A DNA stretch of 64,000 bases from positions 41,416,001 through 41,480,000 of the forward strand of contig OZ024747.1 in assembly GCA_964016885.1 (NCBI GenBank), written 5' to 3'. The stretch is from Eledone cirrhosa (Eukaryota). The notes under the pieces were generated by a model. It did no database searches, had not been told where the DNA came from, and worked only from the letters and a program-made list of their open reading frames with translations. Shown piece by piece: positions 12,171 through 25,435 of this stretch (position 1 is its first letter; every line of letters begins with the position of its first letter). Made by a program: the position numbers and the translations under genes.

Positions 12171-12216
12171 ACTGCAGACACTAATGTTTCTGGGTGTCAC
12201 CCTTCATCAGTACAGC
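12171..12216 (-). ncRNA. Type I hammerhead ribozyme
   Basis: GCUGUA-CUGAUGA-aGGGUgacACCCa-GAAACA-UUAG-UGUC-UGCAGU; GUC cleavage triplet. Confidence 0.8.
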
Positions 12217-12725
12217 TCACTGTTCACCTGCCAACTGTTAGAGCTAGTGAAAATATGTGCTATTTTCAAAAATACACAGTGACTGATCGTCCTGATTTGC
12301 ATATTAGCAGATCCACTGATCAGCCAGATTTGCATATCAACAGACTGGCCAGTCAGTTTCCTGTATATGAGCGATAAATGGCCGGCTTTGCTACATTCAA
12401 ATAAAAAATAAATAAAAAAAACATTTCGCTCTACATGGCTGATTACATTAAATGTAATCTGAGTTTTTCGAATATTAATAATAACACTCAATTCGTTTGC
12501 AATTATACAAACAAGCCTCATTTTTAAAGCCATGTTAGTAGAATGAACCCTTCATTCTTGCTCTTGTGTTGGTATGCAAATCTGGCTGATCAGTGGATCT
12601 GCCAATATGCAGATCTGACTGATCGGCCAGTCTGCTAATATGCAAACTAGGCTGATCAGTCACTGTATATTTTAGAAAATACCATATATTTTCACTAGCT
12701 CTGACAGTTGGCAGGTGAACAGTGA

Positions 12726-12771
12726 GCTGTACTGATGAAGGATGATACCCAGAAACATTAGTGTCTGCAGT
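12726..12771 (+). ncRNA. Type I hammerhead ribozyme
   Basis: GCUGUA-CUGAUGA-aggaugauaccca-GAAACAUUAGUGUC-UGCAGU. Confidence 0.75.
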
Positions 12772-12812
12772 CACTGAGGAGGTCACAGAATGTGTGGCGA
12801 AAGAGCTTTGAC
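12770..12812 (+). ncRNA. Second, directly adjacent minimal hammerhead motif
   Basis: GUCA-CUGAGGA-gGUCACAgaaugUGUGGC-GAAA-GAGC-UU-UGAC. Confidence 0.6.
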
Positions 12813-12959
12813 AATATATTAACAACCATCCGGTTATCGAACCAACCAACCGGAAATGTATAATAAATTGAAGTGAAAACCAACAGATGCGTGCGTTTTT
12901 ATTGGCAGCATGACCCTCCCAAAGTATAACAATACATGTATATTGATGTATATTTATAT

Positions 12960-13392
<433 letters not shown>

Positions 13393-13482
13393 TATGTAAA
13401 AGTTAAACAGAAATAACAACACAATCGGTACAGTATATGGAAGGTATATATTAGGTTAACGCTTGATATAGCAGAAATAGGG

Positions 13483-13518
13483 TCTTAATGTTTCGGACGC
13501 TAGACCTTCATCAGAAGA
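13483..13518 (-). ncRNA. Minimal hammerhead motif in a PLE tail remnant (degenerate homologue on + at about 24455-24489)
   Basis: UCUU-CUGAUGA-aggucuagcgucc-GAAAC-AUU-AAGA; flank 13390-13545 is homologous to the reverse complement of 24430-24560. Confidence 0.55.
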
Positions 13519-13620
13519 AAGAATGAGAAATAAAATAGATTGAGGGGCGGGCGGGATGGAATTGGAAAAAATGTCTAGATAAAAATAACAGATATGTATC
13601 TATCTATCTATCTATATATA

Positions 13621-13672
<52 letters not shown>

Positions 13673-13722
13673 GAACACTGGAAGGTAATACCCGTAGTGG
13701 TAGAGCACTCAGTCCATGGGAG

Positions 13723-13763
<41 letters not shown>

Positions 13764-16278
13764 CCGATTGTGCATTGTTTCATAATAAATGCAGACAGTG
13801 GATGCTGTGCAATCTATTGCTGCATGGGTGTGGCCGAAACTCGAGTATGGGTATAGATTGAAGGTACCCATTTACGTGTGTTGTATTGAAGCAAATAACT
13901 ATGTGTATACTCTGGGATTTTACATAACTTTTCCTATTGAGTAGAGTGAGATAAAACCGGTACTAGCAGTGAGACCCATGCTAGTCCCGTCAACTTATTA
14001 TATATATATATGTGTGTGTGTGTGTGTTTGGTTGTAAATGCAACCCAAGTTAGTCAACATATTTTATAACACAAATGTGTGTGTGTACTCACGCGCTAAT
14101 CCTACAACAGAAAATAGAATGAGAAATTAAAGAACAAATAGAAAGGGGAGTGTGAACAGGGTAGAAACGGAACAAACTTCTGCAAGAAACAGCAGGTTTG
14201 TTCATTTCACCTGGGCCTTATTAAAAATATTAATAAAAATTAAATATAAGAAACCAATATTAATAAAAATTAATAAAAATATTAACTAAAAAGGTGAAGG
14301 TTGTGAGTGAAGAAAACCATTAGATGTTGTTTCACTATACTTATATCCCATTTTTGTCTACGTTTGATTCATTAGATATATATTTTATAAGCAAATGAGT
14401 CTATTTTGTAAAACAAAAAGACTCCTATTGAGATATAAAAGATTTAAATGGTTGTATTGTGTCAGCTGAAGGATTACTGAGTTCGATTATTTTATATAAC
14501 ATGAATTTATATAACGCTGGTTTGGTATTATATAATGATTACTCTACTCCCTTGTTTTTCTTTTTTCTTTTCCTCTAAACAACTACCTTTATTTAGAGTC
14601 ATCCTGACGTCGTTATCATAATGTATTATCTTTCATCTAACAAACACATCTACTTCTAAAAACCTAACTATCGTCGCTACACTAATTAAAAACTTCTTCC
14701 ATTTATCTCAGACTAATCAAACGAAACGTATAAATTTATTGGTTCACTTTTTAGAGATCCTGGCATCGATTTCGCTTATCAAAAACTAATCACTTTCTTA
14801 TCTGTAAGTGATGAAACAGTGTGTTTTATCCCATTAAAAAGTAGAATTCAATGTGACATGATAAGATGTGTAGTATGATATGATGTATGTCACGAACAAA
14901 TCCAAAAGAAGTTTTGTAAGACCTCTAAACGTGACGAGAAGCATTGAGCGTATCAACGTTACTCTATGAGATTCTTTGATAACTATTTCTTTCTCATCAT
15001 ATTAGTAATGTGATTATAAAGGCTTAAGCGTCACAAACTCTTTCTTCCCTATAAATTTAAATAACCTACCTATGTAAGAACTCGACATTTTGGAGAAATG
15101 AATGCACACAGTCCAACCCGACTTCGACTTTACACACTCCGAAATATCAGGATTAGTGTTAACTTTATAATCGATTAGTATAGACAATAACTAATCTAGA
15201 AACTAATGTAAACATGAATGTGAATGCTGTTATGAAAGTTTACATTGCTTCATTCATAATTATATTTTACGAGTGAACCTGGCACGAACGAACAAACTTT
15301 TCCAGACGTTAAGTACAAATAAATACTGTTTAAATAGATATCTGTATCCAATAAATTTGTTTAACACATCTATCTATCTATCTCTCTTCTTCTTCTTCTT
15401 CTTCTTCTTCTTCTTCTTCTTCTTCTTCTTTGTAATGACGATTAAAACCGTCTACTATATCTATCGTTAGAGAAAGAACATTTTAATGTTTCTATTTACA
15501 TAATATCATACAATAATAGCATCGAAAAGCTGTCTATTTGTTTGTCAGTTTTGAAAGAATACTTGTAAGTAAACTCTTGAAATACAATCGGTTTTAACTA
15601 TTTTATTTGCTGAGATTGTCATGTGTCTGTGTTTGTGTATGAGAATATATGCGTGTAGCTGTGTGTTTGTGTTTATGTGTACGAGGTGTAAGTATGTGTG
15701 TACATTTGAATATTAAGCAACTTTTTAATAGCTTATAAAAGCTGCTAAAATATATATCTAATGAATCTAAATGGAGACAAAAACGTGATATAAAAATGAT
15801 TTAATATTGATTGAATACCAAGGAGTATTGAATCTACATCTAGTGGTTCACCTCACCCTGGACCTTTATCTTACCAGTTCATATGCTAATTATTCTGTCA
15901 GACATTATAATTTTTCAGTCTTAAGATTAATCCTCAAAATCAAATCCATATATTTGATCCGTTTCCCATCCAGTTGTTTACGGTTTATTATTATTATTCT
16001 TTATCCAAACTTAAATAGAAAATAGAAAAATATATTTTCAAAGTACAAAAACTGAATACGACAGACGATCGCGTGCGTGGCAGTGTTCTCGAGAGTCTAA
16101 CAATATTCAAGTGTGCCGTCAGCTTAATTTGTCTGTTAATCTAGAATTTGTTGATTCAGAGGTTTACTGTATATTTTTTTTCAATCGATCGACCTTAGTC
16201 AAATCGGACCGAGGAAACAATGTTTCCGTTGGTCTTTCCAGTTGCTAGTACTATCTATCGGTCGCAACTCCAGGTAGA

Positions 16279-16396
16279 AGGAGCAACGTGAAATAAAGTG
16301 TCTTGCTCAAGGACATAACGCATCGCCCGGTCCAGGAATCGTACTCACAACCTCAAGATTGTGAATCCAATTCTCTAACCACTCAGCCACACGCCT
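16279..16396 (-). mobile_element. CORE-type tRNA-derived SINE
   Basis: Reverse complement: ggcgtgtggctgagtggttag..gattcc..tgtccttgagcaagacactt. Confidence 0.65.
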
Positions 16397-16426
16397 TCAC
16401 TTATATATACTTATATATACTTACTG

Positions 16427-16458
<32 letters not shown>

Positions 16459-16558
16459 GCCCATTCAATTGTTAAACAGCAGATTCATATGTGAGTATCT
16501 AAAGTATATGTATACACTTTTTTTCTACCATATCAAGCGTTAAAATCATATATATGTC

Positions 16559-16628
<70 letters not shown>

Positions 16629-17169
16629 TGTATATATATATATATATCATATACATCATATATATCATCTATATATATATATCATATACATCATATATAT
16701 CATCTCTATATATCATATACATCATATATATATATATATATATATATGTCATATATATATATCATATATATATACAGATCACTCAGAAAACTAACCCAGT
16801 TTTTATTTTTGTCTACATTATTCATGTCATATTTTGAAAATCACTTCTGACACTCCAAATATATTTTGTTCAAACTAGCAGAATTTTTTAATGGGCATAC
16901 CATTAAGTTATCTTGCTCCACTTCAAAAAACCTACCGCAAAACATAGCCAAGCTCAATGATAGCAAATTTGAACAAAAGCACAATCAAAACGTGAATGCG
17001 ATAGAAGGTACGCGTGCAGAATATATTAGTCCTACAGTGAAATAGTAAGGGACTAAGTAACAGACTCAATTTAATCCATCCGGACCCTTCTTGCAAGCAT
17101 TTTTTCTAATTGTGTTAATCTTTGATATCTTCGATTAAAGCACTTGTCTTTTGGGGTATTATTATTTCT

Positions 17170-17352
17170 CGGCGGTGGATTGGCAGTGTCGGTAGAGCGT
17201 CAGACACAATGCTTTGAGCATAGGGTTATGGCCCTTTGCGTTCTGAGTTCAAATCCCGCGCCAAGGTTGACTTTGCCTTTTATCTTTGCGGGGTCAATGA
17301 ATTAAAACACCAGTAATGCACTGGGGTAATTGCTGGCCTTGTGCCAATTATT
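17170..17352 (+). mobile_element. Nin-domain SINE
   Basis: ggcggtggattggcag..gagttcaaatccc..ttgcctttt..ggggtc..gctggccttgtgcc. Confidence 0.75.
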
Positions 17353-17725
17353 ATTTCTTGGCTGGAGGATTCATGATCCAGGGTCGAGTTATTTTGTATT
17401 TCTTTGTGATTTCTTCCTCGCTGTCATGCAAATATGCAAATGTCCATTGGCTCGCCATAAAACCAAACAAAATTTTCTTTTGGTTTTGTCGTTTTTGTAT
17501 TGTTGTTCTTTTTTTTGTTCTCGTTATTCTTGTTTTCATTGTTTTTTTTTTTGTAGTTACATTGCTTTTTTATGTTATACTAGCAGAATGGCCCGGCGTT
17601 GCTCGAGATTTGCTCTAGGGTTCTTATATATTTGATATATTTTTATCCTTATCGAGCCTCATGAAATAAATACGTTTGTTTATATTTTGTTATTGTGTAT
17701 GCAAAAATATCTGTACACGAATATA

Positions 17726-17774
<49 letters not shown>

Positions 17775-17778
<4 letters not shown>

Positions 17779-18085
17779 GATATTACTAAATGGAAACTAT
17801 ATTTATAAAACCATATTTATTTCATTATACATATTTCAGGGATACCACATTAAATTATGGTATGCCTTCATCAGACAAAATACAATATATTGTATTTTGT
17901 CTGATGAAGGCATACCATAATTTAATGTGGTATCCCTGAAATATGTATAATGAAATAAATATGGTTTTATAAATATAGTTTCCATTTAGTAGTATCGTAT
18001 ATCTACTCCAAAAACTTGTCGAGTGCTTTATATCAGTTATAAAAATATTTACTTGTTGTATCCCAACAACTTTAAATAGAACTTT

Positions 18086-18090
<5 letters not shown>
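17775..18090. mobile_element. Solo inverted pLTR palindrome related to the Hydra-type PLE at 6322-10630
   Basis: Palindrome centred on 17887/17888 with no spacer; right arm aligns with 10428-10630; (TA)n flanks. Confidence 0.85.
17893..17957 (+). ncRNA. Type I hammerhead ribozyme (mirror on - strand at 17818-17882)
   Basis: UAUUUUGU-CUGAUGA-AGGcAUACCAUA-auuuaa-UGUGGUAUcCCU-GAAA-UAUGUA-UA-AUGAAAUA. Confidence 0.8.
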
Positions 18091-18137
<47 letters not shown>

Positions 18138-18138
<1 letters not shown>

Positions 18139-19285
18139 TAGGGCGGGTGAAATTCCCGAGATCCATGGACGAGTTCTCTCCAGCGGTCTCTGTCTCTCAT
18201 TATCGCTGCCATGTCCTGCGTCTCCAACAGACCAGTGTCTGTCCTTAGGGCATCAACATACGTTAACCTTGGTCTTCCCCTTCCAGTGTGTCCATGTAGG
18301 GGCTCCCACAGGAGCACTGAGTGCAATGTCAACTCTGGAAGTCGGTGAGCTTGTCCAGCTAACCTCAGTCTCCTCTGTGTCACTTTTGAGTTGACTTTTG
18401 GGAGGCTCCCATACAGCTCTGAGTTTTTCATCCTCAGTGTATACTGATTAATCTTCAGAGCCATCCTCAGCATTCTCGTGTAGCACCCATCCACCATCTG
18501 AGTGAGTTTCTTGGTCAGTGTCCAAGTCTCAGACCCGTACAGCAGAACAGACTCCACTACAGCAATGAAGAGGCGGATTTTCAGGTCTTTACAAAGGTCC
18601 GACTTCCACACCGATCTTAAGCTGTGGCACGCCGCCCAGGCTTTGCTCTTCCTCTCAACCACATCATCTTCCGTATTCCCAATCTTTGCTCCCAAATACA
18701 GGATGTCCTCAACCAATTCTAACAGCTTCCCGCCTACATTATTGATCCCCTCTGGATCTTAACATTCTCTACCAGATATTTTGTTTTAGTCACATTCATT
18801 CTCAGCCCCACACTCATCGACACAGTCTCAACCTCCTGCATCAAATCCTCTGCCTCCTTCACTGTATTTGTCACCAAAACTATGTCGTCGGCAAATTCAG
18901 CATCCGATATCTTTTTCGCCTTAACTCTCCTGCTCTGAGCCGGTGCTACAGTAAAGCCAGAGTCCTGGTGTTTCTCCAGTGCAAGGCGCATACAATAGTC
19001 CACTATGATGATAAAAAAGTAGGGAGCCAATGTATCTCCCTGGAGCACTCCAGCCACTATCTCAAAGAACTCTGTCATCCCATCAGGTGTAATGACTTGG
19101 GCTTTGGTGTTGGTGTAGAGCAGTGATATCAGGTCCACTATCTTCTTGGGGATTCCATAAGCCTGTAAGATCTTCATCAGGCAGTGACGGTCCACAGAAT
19201 CAAAGGCCTTCCTAAAGTCAATGAAAACCATGACCACGGGAAGGCACTTTGCTCTAGCTCCCTCTAATATCCTCCTCAGCATCAT
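18138..19285 (-). pseudogene. RTE-clade LINE reverse transcriptase fragment, 5'-truncated, one frameshift
   Basis: FIDFRKAFDS, GVLQGDTLAP, FADD, YLG, LLYGSETW, GRGRP; frameshift near 18740. Confidence 0.88.
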
Positions 19286-19319
19286 ATATTAAAATATATA
19301 TATTAAAATAACAGATTAA

Positions 19320-19370
19320 AGTTTAAGCAAAGAATCGGTGCTTTCACCCTTAAAGGGATCTTCTGAAACT
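19320..19370 (-). ncRNA. Variant hammerhead (CAGAAGA core) inside Helitron A
   Basis: Mirror of 21727-21777. Confidence 0.55.
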
Positions 19371-19420
19371 AAAAAAATCAATCTCTGCACGCAAAAGTAA
19401 ATATTTCGAAAAACGTTACA

Positions 19421-19468
<48 letters not shown>

Positions 19469-19485
19469 TATATATACATATATAT

Positions 19486-19523
<38 letters not shown>

Positions 19524-19948
19524 CGTCATAATGTCGTAATGCAGACAGCCAGACATACAGACAGATATTATAAGGGCGCGACGTTATATCTATGTATCTA
19601 TCTAAAAAGAAAGACTAAGAATTATAGAGAGAGATTGCTAAATCGCCTAATGCGGTCCCTAGGGCATCGAAAATTTGAAATTTGATTTTGCTCAAAACAC
19701 TCACAGGACCATAAGTATTACATGTGCAAAGTTTGAAAACAATCGGTTGGGTGGTTCTCGAGTTTTAGGGAGACAGACAGACATTCTCTGTTTTAGATAT
19801 ATAGATGATTTTGTCTTTACATCGGCTATACCTGTTTAAATACCTCTTTAATTCCATCTACCATATGTTCTAAACCATTACAAGCGTTCAATTCTGTTGA
19901 CACTAACTGTTTTTTTTTTTGTTTTGTTTGTTTGTAAAGACAAAATCA

Positions 19949-20637
19949 TCTCCTTATAATATATAACCAGCAATTTCTCTGTCTGTCTGTCCGACAGTGG
20001 AAACACGTGCGCGCGTGGTTGCTATTTCTCTCTCTCTCCAGCTATCCCTCTCTTTTAGTCTGTCTGTTTCTCTCACTCTCACCCTTTCTCTTTGTAACAC
20101 ACTAACATTCCTCCCCTCTATCGCTGTGACGAATGGGGAGATGGAGGAGGAGGAGAGGAAGAGAGAGTCACTTCGTCACTTCACCTCTGCCTTTCTTTCT
20201 CTCCCCTCTCACTCCCTGTCGTCTACCACTGATTCCAACAACCAGCGTTCTAGGCCAGCACGTGACACCTGCGTTCCCAGCCATGGCACGCGCAACCTTG
20301 GAGTAGTTACCATGGAGAGCTAGCCAGACACAGCCAAGTTCTTTGAATTTACAGACAACTTTAAGACTGGCTTTTGTATTTTAACCAACTCACTGGGGCT
20401 GAGCATATAATATATATATATATGTGTGTGTGTATGCGTGTGTGTGTGTGTGTGTGTTATGTGTGTGTATGTGTATTGTATGTGTGTGTGTTATATGTGT
20501 GTGTGTATGTGTGTGTGTATGTGTGTGTGTATGTGTGTGCGTGTGTGTGTTATATATGTGTGCGTGTGTTATATGTGTGTGTGTGTGTGCGTGTGTGTGT
20601 TTTATATATGGGTGTGTGTTATATGTGTGTGTGTGTG

Positions 20638-20712
<75 letters not shown>

Positions 20713-21245
20713 ATATATTATATATAAAAGACGTAAAATAAGAAAATTTTTTAAAAATTAACTTACTTAAATTTTCACTCCAACTAATATATATTAAATT
20801 ATCTATATATATTATATATGTATATTATGTGTGTCTCTCTATATATATACATATATATAGGTTTAAGTGTGTATGTGTGTGTTAGCGTGTGTGCATATGT
20901 GCGTATGTATGAGTGTGTGTATGGTATGTGTGTGTTAGCGTATGTGTCTGTGTGCGTGTGTGTCTGTCTGTGCGTGTGTCTGTGTGTATCTGTGTAAGTG
21001 TTTGTGTGTGTGTGTGTACAGGAATTCATAAGTTTCCTAAAATATGTCTGTATGCTTAATTTTTCTTAAAAATTATAAACTGGTTCTTCCTGTCAGAGAT
21101 AATAATCTGATTTGAGAATAATGCATCTCAAAATATGAACATGGGTGTATATATATATATGTATGTGTGTGTGTGTCTGTGTTTGTGTGTGTGTTAAATA
21201 TATATCGACTAGCAGAAAACCACCCACCGGGTGGTTTTCTGCTAG
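19949..21245 (+). mobile_element. Probable non-autonomous Helitron (family B)
   Basis: A|TC start tctccttataatatataaccagc followed by (ctgt)n; candidate end ttttctgCTAG at 21245. Confidence 0.45.
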
Positions 21246-21543
21246 TCTATATATCTAAAACAGAGAATGTCTGTCTGTCTGTCTGTCTGTCTGACTCCCT
21301 AAAACTCGAGAACCACCCAACCGATTGTTTTCAAACTTTACATATGTAATACTTATGGTCCTGTGAGATTTTTTAGCAAAAAGAAATTTCAAATTTTCAA
21401 TGCCCTAGGGACCCCATTAGGCGATTTAGCGATCTCTCTCTATAATTCTTAGTCTTTCTTTTTAGATAGATACATAGATATAACGTCGCGCCCTTATAAT
21501 ATCTGTCTGTATGTCTGGCTGTCTGCATTACGACATTATGACG

Positions 21544-21633
<90 letters not shown>

Positions 21634-21985
21634 ATATATATGTATATATAGTGTATATATATATATATATATAGTGTGTAACGTTTTTCGAAATATTTAC
21701 TTTTGCGTGCAGAGATTGATTTTTTTAGTTTCAGAAGATCCCGTTAAGGGTGAAAGCAGCGATTCTTTGCTTAAACTTTAATCTGTTATTTTAATATATA
21801 TATATATATATATCGGAAACTTCAATACTTATATATATATATATTCGTGTACAGATATTTTTGCATATACAATAACAAAATATAAACAAACGTATTTATT
21901 TCACGAGGCTCGATAAGGATAAATATATATCAAATATATAAGAACCCTAGAGCAAATCCCGAGTAACGCCGGGCCATTCTGCTAG
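21246..21985 (+). mobile_element. Non-autonomous Helitron (family A)
   Basis: TCtatatatctaaaacagagaatgt(ctgt)n start; cccgagtaacgccggg hairpin then CTAG|T end. Confidence 0.85.
21727..21777 (+). ncRNA. Variant type I hammerhead (U4A: CAGAAGA)
   Basis: AGUUU-CAGAAGA-uCCCguuaaGGGu-GAAA-GCAG-cgauucu-UUGC-UU-AAACU; all three stems pair. Confidence 0.6.
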
Positions 21986-22729
21986 TAATTACTATTATTG
22001 GCAGTATTAGGTTTCGAGTTGTCTCTTCGTTGTATCTTTATCTCTGTTAGGATGTTGTGCATGTTGTATTTATTGCCTTCTTCTGTGGTTTGTGCCTGTG
22101 GTTTGTTTCATAGTATGGACTATCTTTACAATTCCTCTTTTTATATTTTTCCTACATCGATTGTTGTAGTCTATAATGTTTCTTTGTAGGCGAGATATTC
22201 ATATCAAGGAAATAGTTTTACACCTCACGAAAATTCAATTAATACGCTCATATTTGCTACGAATACTGAAGCATATACTGCCTTCTAGAAAAGAACTCTA
22301 CAAAGATTTTTTTTTCATATCATATCTGCTGAATTTCCATCTAATCTCAACTTTTAATTATCTCACTATCTTGAATTCGACTTCTCTCCTTCACTAGATG
22401 CCTCATTCTAGATTTTCCCCAGGAGATGGAAACGTCTACGCACCCATATTTGATTATAGATGACACCTACGTTGTCCTTATAAGGATGTTTTCAAAACTT
22501 TCTCTTCTTCTTCAGTAATAATTAATATATGTGTGTCTTAACCTTAATTTGTACTACGTGACTTGCAATTTCCTACCGCTAATTAAAATATAAAGAAGTA
22601 TATGCAATGCCACATCGAAATTTAATGTTGTTTGAAAATTCTATTGTCTCTCCAGCGATTGCTTTAGGGGAAAACATTCTGAAACTCTTAACAAAACTCA
22701 CATCCACCATAGGTAAACAAGCTGTTTCC

Positions 22730-22760
22730 ATACAACAACAACAACAACAGCAGCAGCAAT

Positions 22761-22795
<35 letters not shown>

Positions 22796-22920
22796 GTATC
22801 TCAATAATAAAACCAACAATAAATATCTCAATAATGAAACTACCAACTACAAAAACAACAATATTAATAACTATAATAACAGCAGCAACAAGAACAACAA
22901 TATCAATGCACACAACAATG
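22730..22920. repeat. (AAC)n-rich simple repeat
   Basis: Direct inspection. Confidence 0.9.
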
Positions 22921-23094
22921 AGACTAACATGAGCAACATATTTCAAGTGACATTCATTATTTTCAATTAAATTTGTGTAAGGCATGGCTGGCAGTAAGGT
23001 TCGTTTATATTATTCTGAGATTAAACAAACATTCCTGGCCTAAAAAGATGAATAACAGTTTATCGTGTAGAAATAATTAGATATTAGCATGATA

Positions 23095-23250
23095 GGCGTG
23101 CAGGCATGGCCGTGCGGTTAAGGAAATCGCCTTGCGACCACAAGGTTTCGGGTACAGTCCTACAACGTGGCGTGGCATCTTGGGCAAACGTCTTCTACTA
23201 TAAGTCCGGTTTACCTAAGTCTTGTGAACGGAGTTTGGTAGACGGAAACT
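23095..23250 (+). mobile_element. CORE-type SINE
   Basis: tggccgtgcggttaag head; catcttgggcaaacgtcttc core; ggtagacggaaactg tail. Confidence 0.65.
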
Positions 23251-23266
23251 GCATGAATATTATAAT

Positions 23267-23560
23267 AATACACAAGACCAAACGGTTAATTATATTATAC
23301 TTTAATTAAATTAACGCACGTTTCATCCAAATTATAAGTTGATACATAATTAATTTAGCCGTTAGACTAAAATCTCACTTCAATATGTTTTACGAAGTAT
23401 TAATTCTTTATATTTTCTTTTTATTGATTCTGATGATTCCAATTTTTTGTTCATCTAATTAATTAAGTAATTAATTATGTATCTGCTTATAATTTGGATG
23501 AAATATGCGTTAATTTATTAAAATGTAATATAGTTAACCGTTTTGGTATTGTGTGTATTA
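23267..23560. mobile_element. Inverted pLTR remnant with a hammerhead at 23426-23515 (+)
   Basis: 23267-23355 mirrors 23470-23560; GAUU-CUGAUGA-uUCCAA...UUGGAu-GAAA-UAUGCG-UU-AAUU (the mirror arm reads GAAACGUGCGUU). Confidence 0.6.
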
Positions 23561-23755
23561 TTGTAATATTTGCTTAACGAGTTAATATTGTTACTTAAAC
23601 ATCTTCAAACAAGGATTTCATACAACTCAAACTGAATTGTATTTAACCTTCCGAATAGTTTATTGTGATAGATCTCATATTTTGAGCTGAAATAATTCTT
23701 TCTTCGCCTATATTTGTCTCTTTTCTCGTTCAAAACCGATATTTTATTAACTATA

Positions 23756-24362
<607 letters not shown>

Positions 24363-24599
24363 AAATGGCTGACTGAATACACACATGTTTTTTCTTAATT
24401 TTTTCCGTTCCTTCTTCTTCTCATTCTCTATTTCATCTTTTATTTCTCATTCTATCTTCTAATGAAGACTAGTGTCCGAGACGCTAAGACTCTTTTAACT
24501 AATATATTTCTTCATTGTACTGTGCCGTTTGCTTTGTTATTTCTATTTACTTTTTACACACACTCACACACACACACACACGCATACACATACATATAC

Positions 24600-24637
<38 letters not shown>

Positions 24638-24999
24638 GTGCAGTGTATGTGTATGTGTGTTTATAAAGACGGAGACGGATATTTGGATTATAATACATCC
24701 TAAAATTACATAATTGTAATTCCTCCATTGTCAATGATAAAATAATTGAATTAAATTATCGATTTATCATAAGATATCGATACTTTATCAGGAGTTTTAT
24801 AAGCTCTGTATTGTTTTATTTACACGTGATACTAAAATAGCTTTTCATTGCTAATTCACGTCGCCTCTCGTCGAATTTTATTTGAATTTATTGTCTATAT
24901 AGCAAGAAAGTGCGGCGTTAAAAAATGTTAAGAATGGACAGTGAGCATGGTTAGGAATAATTGTCACCAAAATGCCTTCTTACTAATCTTTAGTTCATT

Positions 25000-25182
25000 G
25001 AATTGGCAGTATTGGTAGAAAGGTCGGACATGCTTTCCAGCGTAGTTACGTCCCTTTACGATCTGAGTTCAAATCCCGCCGAGGTTAACTTTACCTTTCA
25101 TCCTTACGGGGTCGATAAAATAAAGTATCAGTAATGTACTGTGTAATTGCTGGCCTTGTGCCAAAAGTAGAAACAATTATTT
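25000..25182 (+). mobile_element. Nin-domain SINE
   Basis: A/B boxes, Nin core, gctggccttgtgccaaaagtagaaacaattatt tail. Confidence 0.8.
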
Positions 25183-25236
25183 AAGGTCATAATAGAGTTC
25201 CACCTTCAGTATGGCACAATTTAAGTCCCACCCCTT

Positions 25237-25435
25237 GGTGGAGGCACGTGGCCCTGTGGTAAGGGGGTTGAACTTACGATCATAATGTCGTAGATTCCAT
25301 TTCTGGCCTGGGTTGTGTGTTGTGTCCTTAAGCAAAGCAATTCATTTCACGCTGCTCCAGTATACTCAGCTGACAATGTGTACCAGCAATATTTGGCGGC
25401 ATAACCCAGCGGTGGACTGGCGTCCTGTCCAGGAA
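25237..25435 (+). mobile_element. CORE-type SINE
   Basis: tRNA-like head, tgtccttaagcaaagcaatt core, ggactggcgtcctgtccagg. Confidence 0.6.

Larger units (their letters stand above)
12171..12812. mobile_element. ORF-less inverted PLE pLTR pair carrying hammerheads
   Basis: 12171-12335 and 12573-12771 are diverged reverse complements. Confidence 0.7.
17580..19805 (-). mobile_element. Non-autonomous Helitron (family A) with nested pLTR palindrome and RTE fragment
   Basis: A|TC 5' end at 19805; subterminal hairpin and CTAG|T 3' end at 17580; reverse complement of 21246-21985 apart from the insertions. Confidence 0.8.

Noticed and set aside
14560-15170. Possible ancient CR1/Jockey LINE remnant
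   Set aside because: Only faint motif resemblance; too degraded to support
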